From an uncultured Clostridia bacterium (GTDB lineage Bacteria; Bacillota; DTU025; MWDF01), in NCBI GenBank assembly GCA_964577435.1, contig CAZNZD010000001.1, forward strand, positions 7,247 to 71,246: 64,000 bases of DNA, written 5' to 3'. Shown piece by piece: positions 19,486 to 29,500 of this stretch. The translations under genes and the position numbers were made by a program. The notes under the pieces were generated by a model that saw nothing but the letters and a program-made list of their open reading frames with translations, searched no databases and was not told the DNA's origin. The first letter of the stretch is position 1; each line of letters begins with the position of its first letter.

Positions 19486-19701
19486 CTACTTCTCTCCTAG
19501 CACGCTGTAGCCGAGCCTGGTTATGCTGTTCTTGATGGCCTCGCTGCTGATTACGCCCTCGTCGAAAGAAACCTTAACCCTAGAGGTGTTGAATGCCACT
19601 TCCGCTTCCGCTACGCCTTGGGTCCTTCTGAGCATGCCCTCTATCTTGGCTATGCAGCTGGGGCAGCTTACAGTCTCCAATTGGTAAGTCTTGCTTATCA
19701 T
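19486..19701 (-). CDS. heavy-metal-associated (HMA) domain metallochaperone (CopZ-like)
   Basis: 71 aa ferredoxin-like fold with a metal-binding CxxC (VSCPSCIAKIEG). Confidence 0.8.
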   Translation of the reverse strand: MISKTYQLETVSCPSCIAKIEGMLRRTQGVAEAEVAFNTSRVKVSFDEGVISSEAIKNSITRLGYSVLGEK

Positions 19702-20030
19702 CTCTGTCGCCTCCTTTTAACCTTGTGTCTTCATTTTGCCCCATGACTTGTTGGATTACCTTGATGTGCATCAAATTTCTGCAGTCCCGCTGAGAAACTG
19801 CAAGGCGCTTGATGCGCCCTGCCCGTTTGGGTCGGCAGGTAATCGTGACCTTGTTAACTAAGCGGCCTGCGAATAGAATTATGCTAAAAGGGAAATGCCG
19901 GCGGGTACTTATCTCCTCGACTATCACGATGCGACAAAGAAACAGCGGATGCCCAGCAGCTGTAGCCTCGGGACACGAGCTTGGCTGAAAGCGGATGCCG
20001 TCCCGGGATTCAGCTTAAGAAGGAGATCCC

Positions 20031-21794
20031 ATGGAACAAGTTGTCCTGACTGCTTTGTTCAATAACGCTGCGCTGCTTCTGGTGTTGTCAGTCATCTACG
20101 AGGCTACCTATAACCTGCCGCCGAGATACCGCCGCTTTGAGCCGTACTTCAGCGGCATGCTCATCGCCCTCATCTGCACTGCCGTCATGGTGATGCCCTT
20201 CACGCTGCAATCGGGGATAATCTTCGACACAAGGTCTATTTTGCTCAGTGTGACCGCCCTCATTTTCGGCCTGATTCCGACTGCAATCGCGGCGATTGTC
20301 GCCGCCATAGTCAGGCTGGTCATCGGAGGGACCGGGGCTCTGCCTGGCATAGCCGTCATCACGACAAGTTCTCTAATCGGCCTGGCATGGAGGCGCTGGT
20401 TGTATCCTAGGTCTAAGAAATGGCGCATGGTTAGCATCTATCTGATGAGCGTCTGCGTCCATGTAGTGATGCTGGCCTGCATGCTCCTTATCCCTTATCC
20501 GGACAACTTCACCGTTATTCGCGCCATCGCCTTCCCGGTGATGCTAGTCTACCCGATAGCGACCGTGCTTTTGAGCATGCTGCTTATTCGCCAGCAGGCC
20601 TTCAAGCATGCTCAGGAGCAGCTGATGCAATCCGAGGAGAGGTTCAGGCTGCTTTTCGACAGGGCCCCGCTCGGTTATCAATCCCTGGATTCTGAAGGAT
20701 ATTTCATAGACATCAATCAGCAATGGTGCGATACTCTTGGATATTCACGCGAAGAGGTCATCGGCAAGTGGTTCGGAGATTTCCTTTCCCCAGACAACAG
20801 GGAGGCATTCCGTAAGAGGTTCCCCGTATTCAAAGCTCAAGGTCATATCCATAGCGAATTCGAGGTGCTTCATAAAAGCGGCAAGCCTATATTCATCGCA
20901 TTCGAAGGGAGAATCGGTTACAACCTGGACGGGCAGTTCAAGCAGACTCACTGCATCCTGCAGGACATTACCAGCCAGAAGGCCGCCGAGGCGGCGCTAG
21001 CGGAAAGTGAGAGGACATACAGGAACATCACCGAGAACATGTCGGATGTAGTCTGGCAGACGGACCTGAACCTGAAGACCACTTATGTCAGCCCGTCGGT
21101 GCAAAGGCTCCTGGGAGAGACCCCGGAGGAGCATATGAAAAGGAGCCTGCAGGAGAAATTCTCGGCTCAGACGCTAAACGAGATAAGCTTCATGCTCTTC
21201 GAGGAGATGGAGAAGGAAAGCGATCCGAAAGCGGATAAGAACCGTTCCAGGAAGCTGGTTGTGGAGCATTTCAAGGCGGATGGCACTTCCGTATGGGTTG
21301 AGATGAACATATCTATAATGCGGGACAAGGCGGGCAAGGCGGTCGGACTTGTCGGAGTCTCCCGCGATGTCTCGCAGCGCAAGGCTGCGGAGCTGGCATT
21401 GGAGGAGAGCGAGCGCAGCAAGTCCGTCCTTCTGTCGAACCTTCCGGGAATGGCCTACAGGTGCAGCCTCGACAGAAAGAGGAGCATGCAGTTCGTCTCG
21501 GCCAGAAGCCTGAATCTCACCGGATATGCGCCGGAGAGCCTTATCGGCAACAAGGTGCTTTCCTATATTGACCTGATTGCACCCGAATTCCGAGAACCCA
21601 TTCGAAAGGAATGGGAGCGCATCCTCTCAGAGAGGCTGCCCATGAGCCTCGAATACGAGATAATTACCGCCTCAGGCCAAAGGAAATGGGTCATTGATAT
21701 GGGGCAAGGGGTATACAAAGAGAGCGGGGAGGCAGAGGCCTTCGAGGGAATCGTCCTTGACATCTCGGACAGGAAAAGGATGGAAAGCCCTTAG
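20031..21794 (+). CDS. membrane sensor: N-terminal 5TM (5TMR-LYT-like) domain plus three PAS domains, no output domain
   Basis: Five N-terminal TM helices, then three segments with PAS character separated by coiled linkers (e.g. ...QKAAEAALAESE...). The protein ends after the third PAS. Confidence 0.75.
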   Translation: MEQVVLTALFNNAALLLVLSVIYEATYNLPPRYRRFEPYFSGMLIALICTAVMVMPFTLQSGIIFDTRSILLSVTALIFGLIPTAIAAIVAAIVRLVIGGTGALPGIAVITTSSLIGLAWRRWLYPRSKKWRMVSIYLMSVCVHVVMLACMLLIPYPDNFTVIRAIAFPVMLVYPIATVLLSMLLIRQQAFKHAQEQLMQSEERFRLLFDRAPLGYQSLDSEGYFIDINQQWCDTLGYSREEVIGKWFGDFLSPDNREAFRKRFPVFKAQGHIHSEFEVLHKSGKPIFIAFEGRIGYNLDGQFKQTHCILQDITSQKAAEAALAESERTYRNITENMSDVVWQTDLNLKTTYVSPSVQRLLGETPEEHMKRSLQEKFSAQTLNEISFMLFEEMEKESDPKADKNRSRKLVVEHFKADGTSVWVEMNISIMRDKAGKAVGLVGVSRDVSQRKAAELALEESERSKSVLLSNLPGMAYRCSLDRKRSMQFVSARSLNLTGYAPESLIGNKVLSYIDLIAPEFREPIRKEWERILSERLPMSLEYEIITASGQRKWVIDMGQGVYKESGEAEAFEGIVLDISDRKRMESP

Positions 21795-21903
21795 ATGCAT
21801 CAGCAAGCCTCTTAATGTAGGCATACGTTTATGTCCTGTGATAAGTGGAGTCCCGCTTCAGATTTTTCCGATCAATATCCTCCATCAGATAATAGGTACA
21901 ATA

Positions 21904-21933
21904 GAGGGCCGATGTCTATTTGCGACGGCCCTC
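21904..21933 (+). terminator. hairpin GAGGGCCG-N14-CGGCCCTC downstream of the PAS gene
   Basis: 8-bp perfect stem followed by AGGCTTTGC; the U-tract is weak. Confidence 0.3.
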
Positions 21934-21981
21934 AGGCTTTGCTCAAGCGACATGCGACCTGCCCCCTATATCAACTTCTGT

Positions 21982-22023
21982 TTGACTATATGGAATAAAT
22001 ATACTAAGTTTAGTGTATATAAT
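21982..22023 (+). promoter_or_regulatory. argG promoter region with ARG-box-like AT-rich imperfect palindromes
   Basis: TTGACT at 21982 with TAAGTT 17 bp downstream, and a perfect TATAAT at 22018. TGGAATAAATATAC resembles the TGAAT-N4-ATTCA ArgR operator. Confidence 0.3.
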
Positions 22024-22049
22024 TCACATAATCCTTGGAGGTTGCTCAT

Positions 22050-23270
22050 ATGGACAAGAAGGGCTTCAAGAAGATCGTCCTGGCATATTCAGGCGGGCTG
22101 GATACTTCCATAATAATCCCCTGGCTCAAGGAGAACTACGATGGTTGCGAGGTAATCGCAGTTACAGGCGATGTCGGCCAGGCAGACGAGCTGGAGGGCC
22201 TTGAAGAGAAGGCCCTTAAGACCGGCGCATCCAAGCTTTATGTGCTGGATCTGACCGACGATTTCGTGAACGGATACATCGTGCCTACCTTAAAGGCCGG
22301 TGCTGTATACGAAGAGTATATGCTCGGAACAAGCCTTGCCCGTCCCTGCATCGCGAAGGGCCTTGTGGAAGTGGCCCTCAAGGAGGGAGCGGACGCCGTA
22401 TGCCATGGCTGCACCGGGAAGGGCAACGACCAGGTGCGCTTCGAGCTTGCCATCAAGCACTTCGCCCCGACAATGCCGGTGATCGCCCCGTGGAGGGAGT
22501 GGAGCATCGTCTCAAGGGAGGAGGAGATCGAGTACGCAAGGGCGCACAATGTGCCCCTTAAGATAACCCATGAGACGAACTACTCGAAGGACAAGAACCT
22601 ATGGCACCTTTCGCATGAGGGGCTTGACCTTGAAGATCCCGGCAACGAGCCTCTATATGACAAGGAGGGCTTCCTTGAGATAGGAGTCTCCCCCGCAAAA
22701 GCCCCGGATGAACCCTCATATGTCGCGTTGGAGTTCGAAAAGGGAGTCCCAGTAGGCCTGGACGGCGCGCGGATGAGCGCAAAGCAGATCATCTACAAAC
22801 TGAATGAGATCGGCGGGGTAAATGGCATAGGACTTCTGGACCTGGTGGAAAACAGGCTCGTCGGTATGAAATGCAGGGGCATATACGAGACGCCGGGAGG
22901 GGCTATCTTATATAGGGCCCACACTGTCCTTGAGACGATCTGCCTCGACAAGATGACCATGCATGAGAAGCAGCGGTTGGCGATCACCTTCGCCGAGCTT
23001 GTCTACAACGGCTTGTGGTTCACCCCTCTCAGGGAGGCGCTCTCCGCTTTCGTGGACAAGACGCAGGAGCAGGTTACAGGCACAGTAAGGTTGAAACTAT
23101 ACAAGGGAAACATCATAAACGCCGGGGTGTGGAGCCCGTACTCCTTGTACTCGGAGAGCATTGCGACTTTCGGCAAGAGCGACTACAACCAGAAGGACGC
23201 GGAGGGCTTCATAAACCTATATGGGCTGCCGATAAAGATCCAGGCCATGATAGACAGGAAGAAGTCATAG
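22050..23270 (+). CDS. argG: argininosuccinate synthase
   Basis: [11 protein letters not shown]-loop and full-length similarity to ArgG. GGAGGT RBS. Stop codon is TAG. Confidence 0.9.
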   Translation: MDKKGFKKIVLAYSGGLDTSIIIPWLKENYDGCEVIAVTGDVGQADELEGLEEKALKTGASKLYVLDLTDDFVNGYIVPTLKAGAVYEEYMLGTSLARPCIAKGLVEVALKEGADAVCHGCTGKGNDQVRFELAIKHFAPTMPVIAPWREWSIVSREEEIEYARAHNVPLKITHETNYSKDKNLWHLSHEGLDLEDPGNEPLYDKEGFLEIGVSPAKAPDEPSYVALEFEKGVPVGLDGARMSAKQIIYKLNEIGGVNGIGLLDLVENRLVGMKCRGIYETPGGAILYRAHTVLETICLDKMTMHEKQRLAITFAELVYNGLWFTPLREALSAFVDKTQEQVTGTVRLKLYKGNIINAGVWSPYSLYSESIATFGKSDYNQKDAEGFINLYGLPIKIQAMIDRKKS

Positions 23271-23290
23271 GGCTTAACGAGGTGTGAACG

Positions 23291-24682
23291 ATGGGCAAGA
23301 TATGGGCCGGCAGGCTCGGCGGCTCCCTTGATGAAAGGGCGGACGACTTCAACTCCTCGATAGGCTTTGATTGCAGGCTCTATAAACACGACATCGAGGG
23401 TTCGATCGCCCACGCCGGCATGCTTGCCGCCAAAGGGATAATCCCCCAGCAGGACGCAGATGCCATCATCGAGGGGCTTGCAGGAATCCTGGAGGACCTT
23501 GAGCATGGAAGACTCGAGGTCGATATGGCTTGTGAAGACATCCATACCTTCGTTGAGCAAGTGCTTACGGCCCGCATCGGAGACGCCGGGAAGAAGCTTC
23601 ATACGGCGAGAAGCCGCAACGACCAGGTGGCGCTCGATCTGCGCATGTATCTGCGAGATGAGGTCCTGGCGATAATCAAGCTTATCGAGGGCCTGTTGGA
23701 TGCCATTGCCACCAAAGCGGACGCTCACAAGGCAACAATAATGCCCGGTTATACGCATCTGCAGCGCGCACAGCCTGTAACCTTCGGGCATCATCTGATG
23801 GCATACGCCATGATGCTCATCAGGGACATAGGCAGGTTGAAGGACGCATACGCAAGGATGAACGTTTCACCGATCGGCTGCTGCGCGCTTGCGGGAACCA
23901 CCTATGATATCGACCGTGACACGGAGGCAAGGCAGCTGGGCTTCGAAGGAGTTGCCCTAAACAGCATTGACGCGGTGTCCGACAGGGACTTCTGCATCGA
24001 GATCCAAGGCGCATTTGCTATCTTGATGATGCACTTGTCACGATTCTCGGAAGAGATAATACTCTGGTCCTCGCTGGAATTCGGCTTTATCGAGCTGGAT
24101 GCCGGTTTCTCTACGGGCTCATCCATAATGCCGCAGAAGAAGAACCCCGATATTGCCGAGCTTGTCCGCGGAAAGACGGGAAGAATCTATGGAAACCTTA
24201 CTGCGACACTCACCATGATGAAAGGGCTTCCGCTTGCCTATAACAAGGATATGTAGGAGGATAAGGAGGCAGTCTTCGATAGCGTGGAAACTGTAAAGAA
24301 GAGCCTCTCTGTCTTCGCTCCGATGGTTGCGACCATGCATGTCAATGCGGATAGCATGATGGCGGCAGCGCAGGCAGGTTTCATTAACGCCACCGACTTG
24401 GCTGATTACCTTGTGAGGAAGGGGTTGCCCTTCCGAAGCGCATACAAGATCGTTGGGCAGATAGTTGCCAGGTGCCTTGCCGAAGGCAAGGTGCTGGATA
24501 CGCTGCCACTTGATGTGTATAGGCATTATAGCGGCCTATTCGATGTGGATCTTTACAGCGATATCGACCTTGGCGCATGTGTCGGGAGGCGCGTCTCGAA
24601 GGGCGGCACATCCCAACAATCTGTCGATATGCAGATAGCATACATTCGAGATTTCCTTAATAAATGTGTTCAAAAGGTCTAA
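23291..24682 (+). pseudogene. argH: argininosuccinate lyase interrupted by an in-frame TAG at 24254-24256 (a Gln codon elsewhere in the family)
   Basis: ORFs 23291-24256 and 24284-24682 are in the same frame and together reconstitute a full-length ArgH. The junction reads ...AYNKDM*EDKEAVFDSVETV versus the conserved ...NKDMQEDKE. Confidence 0.6.
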
Positions 24683-25007
24683 TGAGGATAGATGAGTGAT
24701 GCCAGTCAGCAGCGACATGAATTGCCAAAGCAAGATCTCTCCGTAGCGCCACTTGCTCCGAAGCTTCCGCATCCCTTCCTGGCAATGCCTTCCTGCTTGT
24801 TTTGGCCTTGCACTTATCGCAGCATCCCCACCCTAGCGTCAAAGGGCTGAAATACCGTGATGCCTAGAAGGATGCCCCTGAAAGCCCCTGGGCAACAGGA
24901 CAAAGCGCTATCTCAACCTGTCAGCTGCAACGGATCCATAAGTCCTCGGTGTTGCATTTCACCCATCTCGTTCTCGATAAGACGAGGGGGATCCGCCTGC
25001 TCAAGAA

Positions 25008-25038
25008 CAACAAAGGGGCTGTCCATATCTTGGGACGG
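25008..25038 (-). terminator. terminator hairpin downstream of the esterase gene
   Basis: On the minus strand, GGGGCCGTCC-N8-GGACAGCCCC followed by TTTGTTGTT. Confidence 0.35.
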
Positions 25039-25166
25039 CCCCTTGCCTAGTTAGAATACGGCCCGCTTTTTAACTGGACAATCAGCCTATACTGGTCCAG
25101 CGAACCAGTTCCTTCTTTCAGTAGGGTTCGAAATCATGACGGACCATCTCAGGCTTCTATAATCCG

Positions 25167-27317
25167 TTACGGGCGCGCGATGACCTTCGCATCGTTAGCC
25201 TTGAATGCCGATTCGCTGTAATAACGGATGCCCGTCTTCAGATCCAGGCTGTAGTGCTTCATGAAGTCCCACATGATCTCCGCGTGGCCGGCTATGTTGT
25301 TGTGGGCTTCATATAGGGTGAAGACGTATTCCAACACAGGGTACCCTTCGTTATTGGCCCAGGTGAAGGTGCGGAAACGCGCCATGCTGGTGTTCCAGTC
25401 GGAGATATCCCCCACCTTGTTACCCATTGCGCCACCATTTAAGGCATTCCCCCCGCTGTACTCGATAGCGGCAAGGAGGTTCCCCTTTCCTAGCGAATTT
25501 GCGGTGGTGTAGTAATTCATCCACTTGGTTATGCCTGTAGGGGCGGCAGCGGTGCCTATGCTGTCCCAGATGATGTCTGCACCGGCGGCCTTGGCCTCCT
25601 CGGCGGTCGCATAACCAGGTATGCCGCGGTTCGAGTAGTTGCCCTCGCCGATGACCAAGCCGACTGGGATGAAGCTGTTGCTCGCTCCGTCGGTACCCAG
25701 GTTGCCCGGGAAGTTGCTTGGATAAGCCGCAGCCAGTTGTTTGTTGGTCGTGGCGTCCATGGCCAGGTTGTTGGTGGCGCCGCCGCCGGCCGACTGACCG
25801 GTAGCATATATCCTGTTCATGTCAAAGCGGCCATCAGCTGCCAGGAAGTCCCTCATGGCCGTGAACATGACCGTATTGCTGATGCTTGGCAGATTGCCTG
25901 TTCCAGGGGAGGCGGTGCGAGTCTGAAGGAAGATCGCAAAGCCATTCTCTGCCGCGACCTGCCACCACATTGTGGAATCCATGAACAGGTTGGAAGTCTG
26001 AGAAGCGCCATGCCATACCGTGACTACTGGTATATTGCTGTTTCCTGCAGTCTCAGGCACATACAGCAGAGTATCCATTACGTAGCCGCTGGGCAGTGTC
26101 AGGGTCTTGATGGTTATCGTGCCCTTAACCGGCTCCTTGTAGTTGCGTACTTTGGCCGATACGATGCCTGAGGCCTCCTTCTTCGCAGAGGTGAACCTTT
26201 CTACCTGGATTGCAGTGTAATCCAGGCGGTAATTGAGGGCGTTGCCGTAGCTGATGGACACGTCATACCGTGAGTAATCCGTCAGCTGGTCGCGCAGCTC
26301 CCGGTTGAAGGCATAAGTACTGGTAGCGTCGCCCGCTATGGTTACAGTCGTAACCTTGGAGATGGGACCGGCGAACTCCGTAGCCCATGTGTCCTTCTTC
26401 TGGGCAAACACGCTGCCGGTGGCGGTGATGCTGCCGAAAGCAGTCAACGTGACGTCGGCCGCAGCACCGGTGGCCTTATTGACTGTCCTCCAGTAATTGA
26501 GGCTGTCCGTACCCTTGTAGTTCACAAGCCATGTCGGTACGGGCATGTCGTCCTTCTCCAGCAGGCCCTCGAAGTCGCGGTGATTCTTGTTGACGATGTC
26601 CTGCAGCCGGGTGGCCATCTGGATCAATGCCTGCTGACGGTCGATGACTAGATTCCTGTCGCCGTCTGTCATGTGAGCCCAGCCGAAGGAGACGGAACCG
26701 ATATCCGTAAGGGCGCTCGCCCCGACGGATGCTCCGTTCACGAAAGCCTGCGAGATGACCAGATTCGGATTCTCGGCAGCCCATGCTTCCAGAGCAGCTG
26801 CACCTTCGCCGTAACCTTCCAGGTAGAAGACCCCGAAGGTGGTGAAATATGTCCCGACGCCGCCATGCTTGGCCTTGGCCGCATCGATATAAGCCTTCTC
26901 GTCCGGTATGCTGCCCCAAGTGCCGGTTGCTTTATCCGGCAACAGCAGGTAGAGACACTCGCCAGTCTCATCGGCTATGCGCTTCCAGCCGCTGCTTATA
27001 AGCCAGCTGTCCACGTCCGACTTGTTGGGGACAGCTATGAAATGGAAGTAGGGACGAAGCACCGCAGTCGCGGGAATATACCAGCGGACCTCGCGGTTGG
27101 CGAAGCTTCCATCCAGTGCGGAGTAGAAATATCCGGTGGTGGGAAGCTGATTGGCTTCAGTAACGTCACGCACGGGAACCGGTTCATCAGCTAAGTTCTT
27201 GGCTTTCAACTCACTCTCGGGCGCAGCATCGCCAACTGTAATGTCGGCAGACGTGGAGACCGCAGCCGCCATGGCCAGGATAAGCGCCAGAAGCACGACA
27301 AACCATCTCTGTTTCAT
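25167..27317 (-). CDS. secreted tandem alpha/beta-hydrolase (esterase / PHB-depolymerase-like) protein
   Basis: Signal peptide, then two GxSxG nucleophile elbows (NGASVG in the N-half, GQSAGG in the C-half). 716 aa. Confidence 0.6.
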   Translation of the reverse strand: MKQRWFVVLLALILAMAAAVSTSADITVGDAAPESELKAKNLADEPVPVRDVTEANQLPTTGYFYSALDGSFANREVRWYIPATAVLRPYFHFIAVPNKSDVDSWLISSGWKRIADETGECLYLLLPDKATGTWGSIPDEKAYIDAAKAKHGGVGTYFTTFGVFYLEGYGEGAAALEAWAAENPNLVISQAFVNGASVGASALTDIGSVSFGWAHMTDGDRNLVIDRQQALIQMATRLQDIVNKNHRDFEGLLEKDDMPVPTWLVNYKGTDSLNYWRTVNKATGAAADVTLTAFGSITATGSVFAQKKDTWATEFAGPISKVTTVTIAGDATSTYAFNRELRDQLTDYSRYDVSISYGNALNYRLDYTAIQVERFTSAKKEASGIVSAKVRNYKEPVKGTITIKTLTLPSGYVMDTLLYVPETAGNSNIPVVTVWHGASQTSNLFMDSTMWWQVAAENGFAIFLQTRTASPGTGNLPSISNTVMFTAMRDFLAADGRFDMNRIYATGQSAGGGATNNLAMDATTNKQLAAAYPSNFPGNLGTDGASNSFIPVGLVIGEGNYSNRGIPGYATAEEAKAAGADIIWDSIGTAAAPTGITKWMNYYTTANSLGKGNLLAAIEYSGGNALNGGAMGNKVGDISDWNTSMARFRTFTWANNEGYPVLEYVFTLYEAHNNIAGHAEIMWDFMKHYSLDLKTGIRYYSESAFKANDAKVIARP

Positions 27318-28202
27318 TGAATCGCCCCTTTCGATTGAGTGTTACATCTGCCGGCATCAGCGGGGGATTCACCTGGATGGCGGTTCCGCTCGCATCGCAA
27401 TGGCAGAGTGCGTCTGATAGCGTGCCAGCTTGCCACAAGATCCTTCATGCATCTCCTGATCTAAGCTATGATAAGTCAGGCCAACTGGGAGGTCCCTTGG
27501 GTCTTGGATTTCCTTGCATCCATTCCTTATATAGTGCCGAGAGTGCCGTCTCGGCGCATCACCTCCCTTAATATGTGGAATCGCTCCGGTTGTATATTTG
27601 TCGTTCTACCAGGCATGTTTTGCGCTTCTTGCACAGTAGAATTCGAGTCTAAATTTCATCTCTTATCTATCCAAGAGCTTCTCCGTGCTCTACCAGCTTA
27701 GGGAATTGCCCGTCTTCCTTTCGAGCGATCCGCAAGTGATATACTGATGATATATCAACGATATAATAATTACTTCGACACACGATGGTCGTTTCCCTCG
27801 TTAATGCAACCATTAGATTTTAGAATATTTTCGCCAGGGCGATCTTGCCTGGCTGCATCTTGCGAGTATGCTGACAATTTGCTGTTGGGATGCCGTACAG
27901 GGCAAAACAGCACGCACCAACGCGCGCTGCCTAGCTTATCCTTCTATGCTTCATTAGAACGCCTGATAGATTACAGATGGCATGTTGAAGCCTAATGTTA
28001 TCCTTACCAATTCCAACTTCCATCGAGTCGCATCTACCGAAGCCCCGTTAGAATCGCTCGCCCCTCTTGCTGCCCTCTGACTCCAGGAATCATCAGATCC
28101 CATCGCATCGCCGTCTGCACCCCTGTTTCTGACAGGCAGTAATCTATTAGCTGCCCGTAGCCTTCAGGCAACGGGCAGCTCGGGTTTCCTGCCAGGCGAT
28201 CA

Positions 28203-29249
28203 TCACCTACAAGCTTCACAAGTCCTTCTTATCGCATCGAAGCCTATAAGCCTTACATCGGGCGACTTGAAACCATCCTTAATCGGTTCGATCTTCATCA
28301 GGTCAGTGCTCAGGTACTTCTTGTTGTCGTCGGAGAATACGGTTACTACGTTTGCATCCTTGCCTATGATGTCCTGTACCGCAAGTGCGCCGAGGAAGTT
28401 GGCACCAGAGGATATGCCGACTGCGAGTCCCAACTCCTTGGCAAGCTTCTGCGCCATGATTATGGAGTCACCGTCATCAACGTCGATTACTTCATCAAGC
28501 TCTTCGACTTTAAGAATCGGAGGTATGAACTCATCCGAAATGCCCTGGATGCGATGCTTGCCCACCTTGTACCCGACGGAGATGGTCGGTGAATTAGATG
28601 GTTCCAGGGGATGTAGTCTGATCCGAGGGTTCATGCTCCTTAGATATCTGCCTGTGCCCATTACTGTCCCGCCAGTTCCGACGCCTGCGACAAACGCGTC
28701 TGGCATCAAACCCCTGGACTGCATCTGGAACCAGATTTCCGGCCCCGTATGCAAGTAGTGGGCTTCCGGATTGTCGATGTTTGAGAACTGGTGCGGAAGG
28801 AAAGACGAACCGATGCTCTTTGCAAGCTCATCGGCAGCGGCAATGCTTCCCAGAAACCCGCCTTGCTCTTTGCTTATAAGCACTATGTCCGCCCCCAGGC
28901 TGCTGATTAGGTTCTTCCTTTCGGAGCTCATCCAGTCGGGCATGAATATTGTAACGGGATGTCCAAGCGCCCTGCCGATGGCGGAAAAGGAGATCCCCGT
29001 ATTTCCGCTTGTCGCCTCAATTATCATGTCACCCGGCTTCAGATTGCCGGTCTTGTATGCCTTAGAGATGACATGCAGGGCCATGCGGTCCTTTATGCTT
29101 CCCGTCATATTCAAGTTCTCGGACTTCGTGTATACTGTCCTCTTTTTACCCCTGTATTCGCACTCTATTGCCAGAAGGGGGGTGTTGCCAATGTATGCCG
29201 AAAGATTCTCTATGGCGGTGCTGGTTCGAGCTGCATACCCCATTTTCAT
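28203..29249 (-). CDS. cysteine synthase-family PLP enzyme (CysK/CysM paralog) with ~45-aa C-terminal tail ending in CxxC
   Basis: PLP-lysine motif SIKDRMA, glycine loop GTGGT, and SSGAN. The extra C-terminal tail reads ...[16 protein letters not shown]. Confidence 0.8.
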   Translation of the reverse strand: MKMGYAARTSTAIENLSAYIGNTPLLAIECEYRGKKRTVYTKSENLNMTGSIKDRMALHVISKAYKTGNLKPGDMIIEATSGNTGISFSAIGRALGHPVTIFMPDWMSSERKNLISSLGADIVLISKEQGGFLGSIAAADELAKSIGSSFLPHQFSNIDNPEAHYLHTGPEIWFQMQSRGLMPDAFVAGVGTGGTVMGTGRYLRSMNPRIRLHPLEPSNSPTISVGYKVGKHRIQGISDEFIPPILKVEELDEVIDVDDGDSIIMAQKLAKELGLAVGISSGANFLGALAVQDIIGKDANVVTVFSDDNKKYLSTDLMKIEPIKDGFKSPDVRLIGFDAIRRTCEACR

Positions 29250-29500
29250 ATACCCCCACGAACTTAAGTCTATGAAGGCGGACTTTGAGCTGCTCCGTCT
29301 GCCCCTTACAATACTGCTGGCCCTCATGGATGCCCGATCCGCTTTCTTTGTTCAGCTCATGCTTATGGCAACCCGGACATCCCTTCGGCCTAAGCTACCA
29401 ATCATCCCATCCAGGCCCTGAGAGATGCCGCTATGAGGCCAGGAAGGCATGCGGCATCTTCCCTGAAAAAGGAGGATGCCGCGTCCATGTGAAATCTCTG

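Noticed and set aside
24254-24256. Possibility that TAG is recoded (Pyl or Gln) genome-wide, explaining the argH interruption
   Set aside because: At least five well-supported genes in this window (both SBPs, a permease, the M14 gene, argG) terminate with TAG at the expected protein ends, so TAG functions as a stop here.
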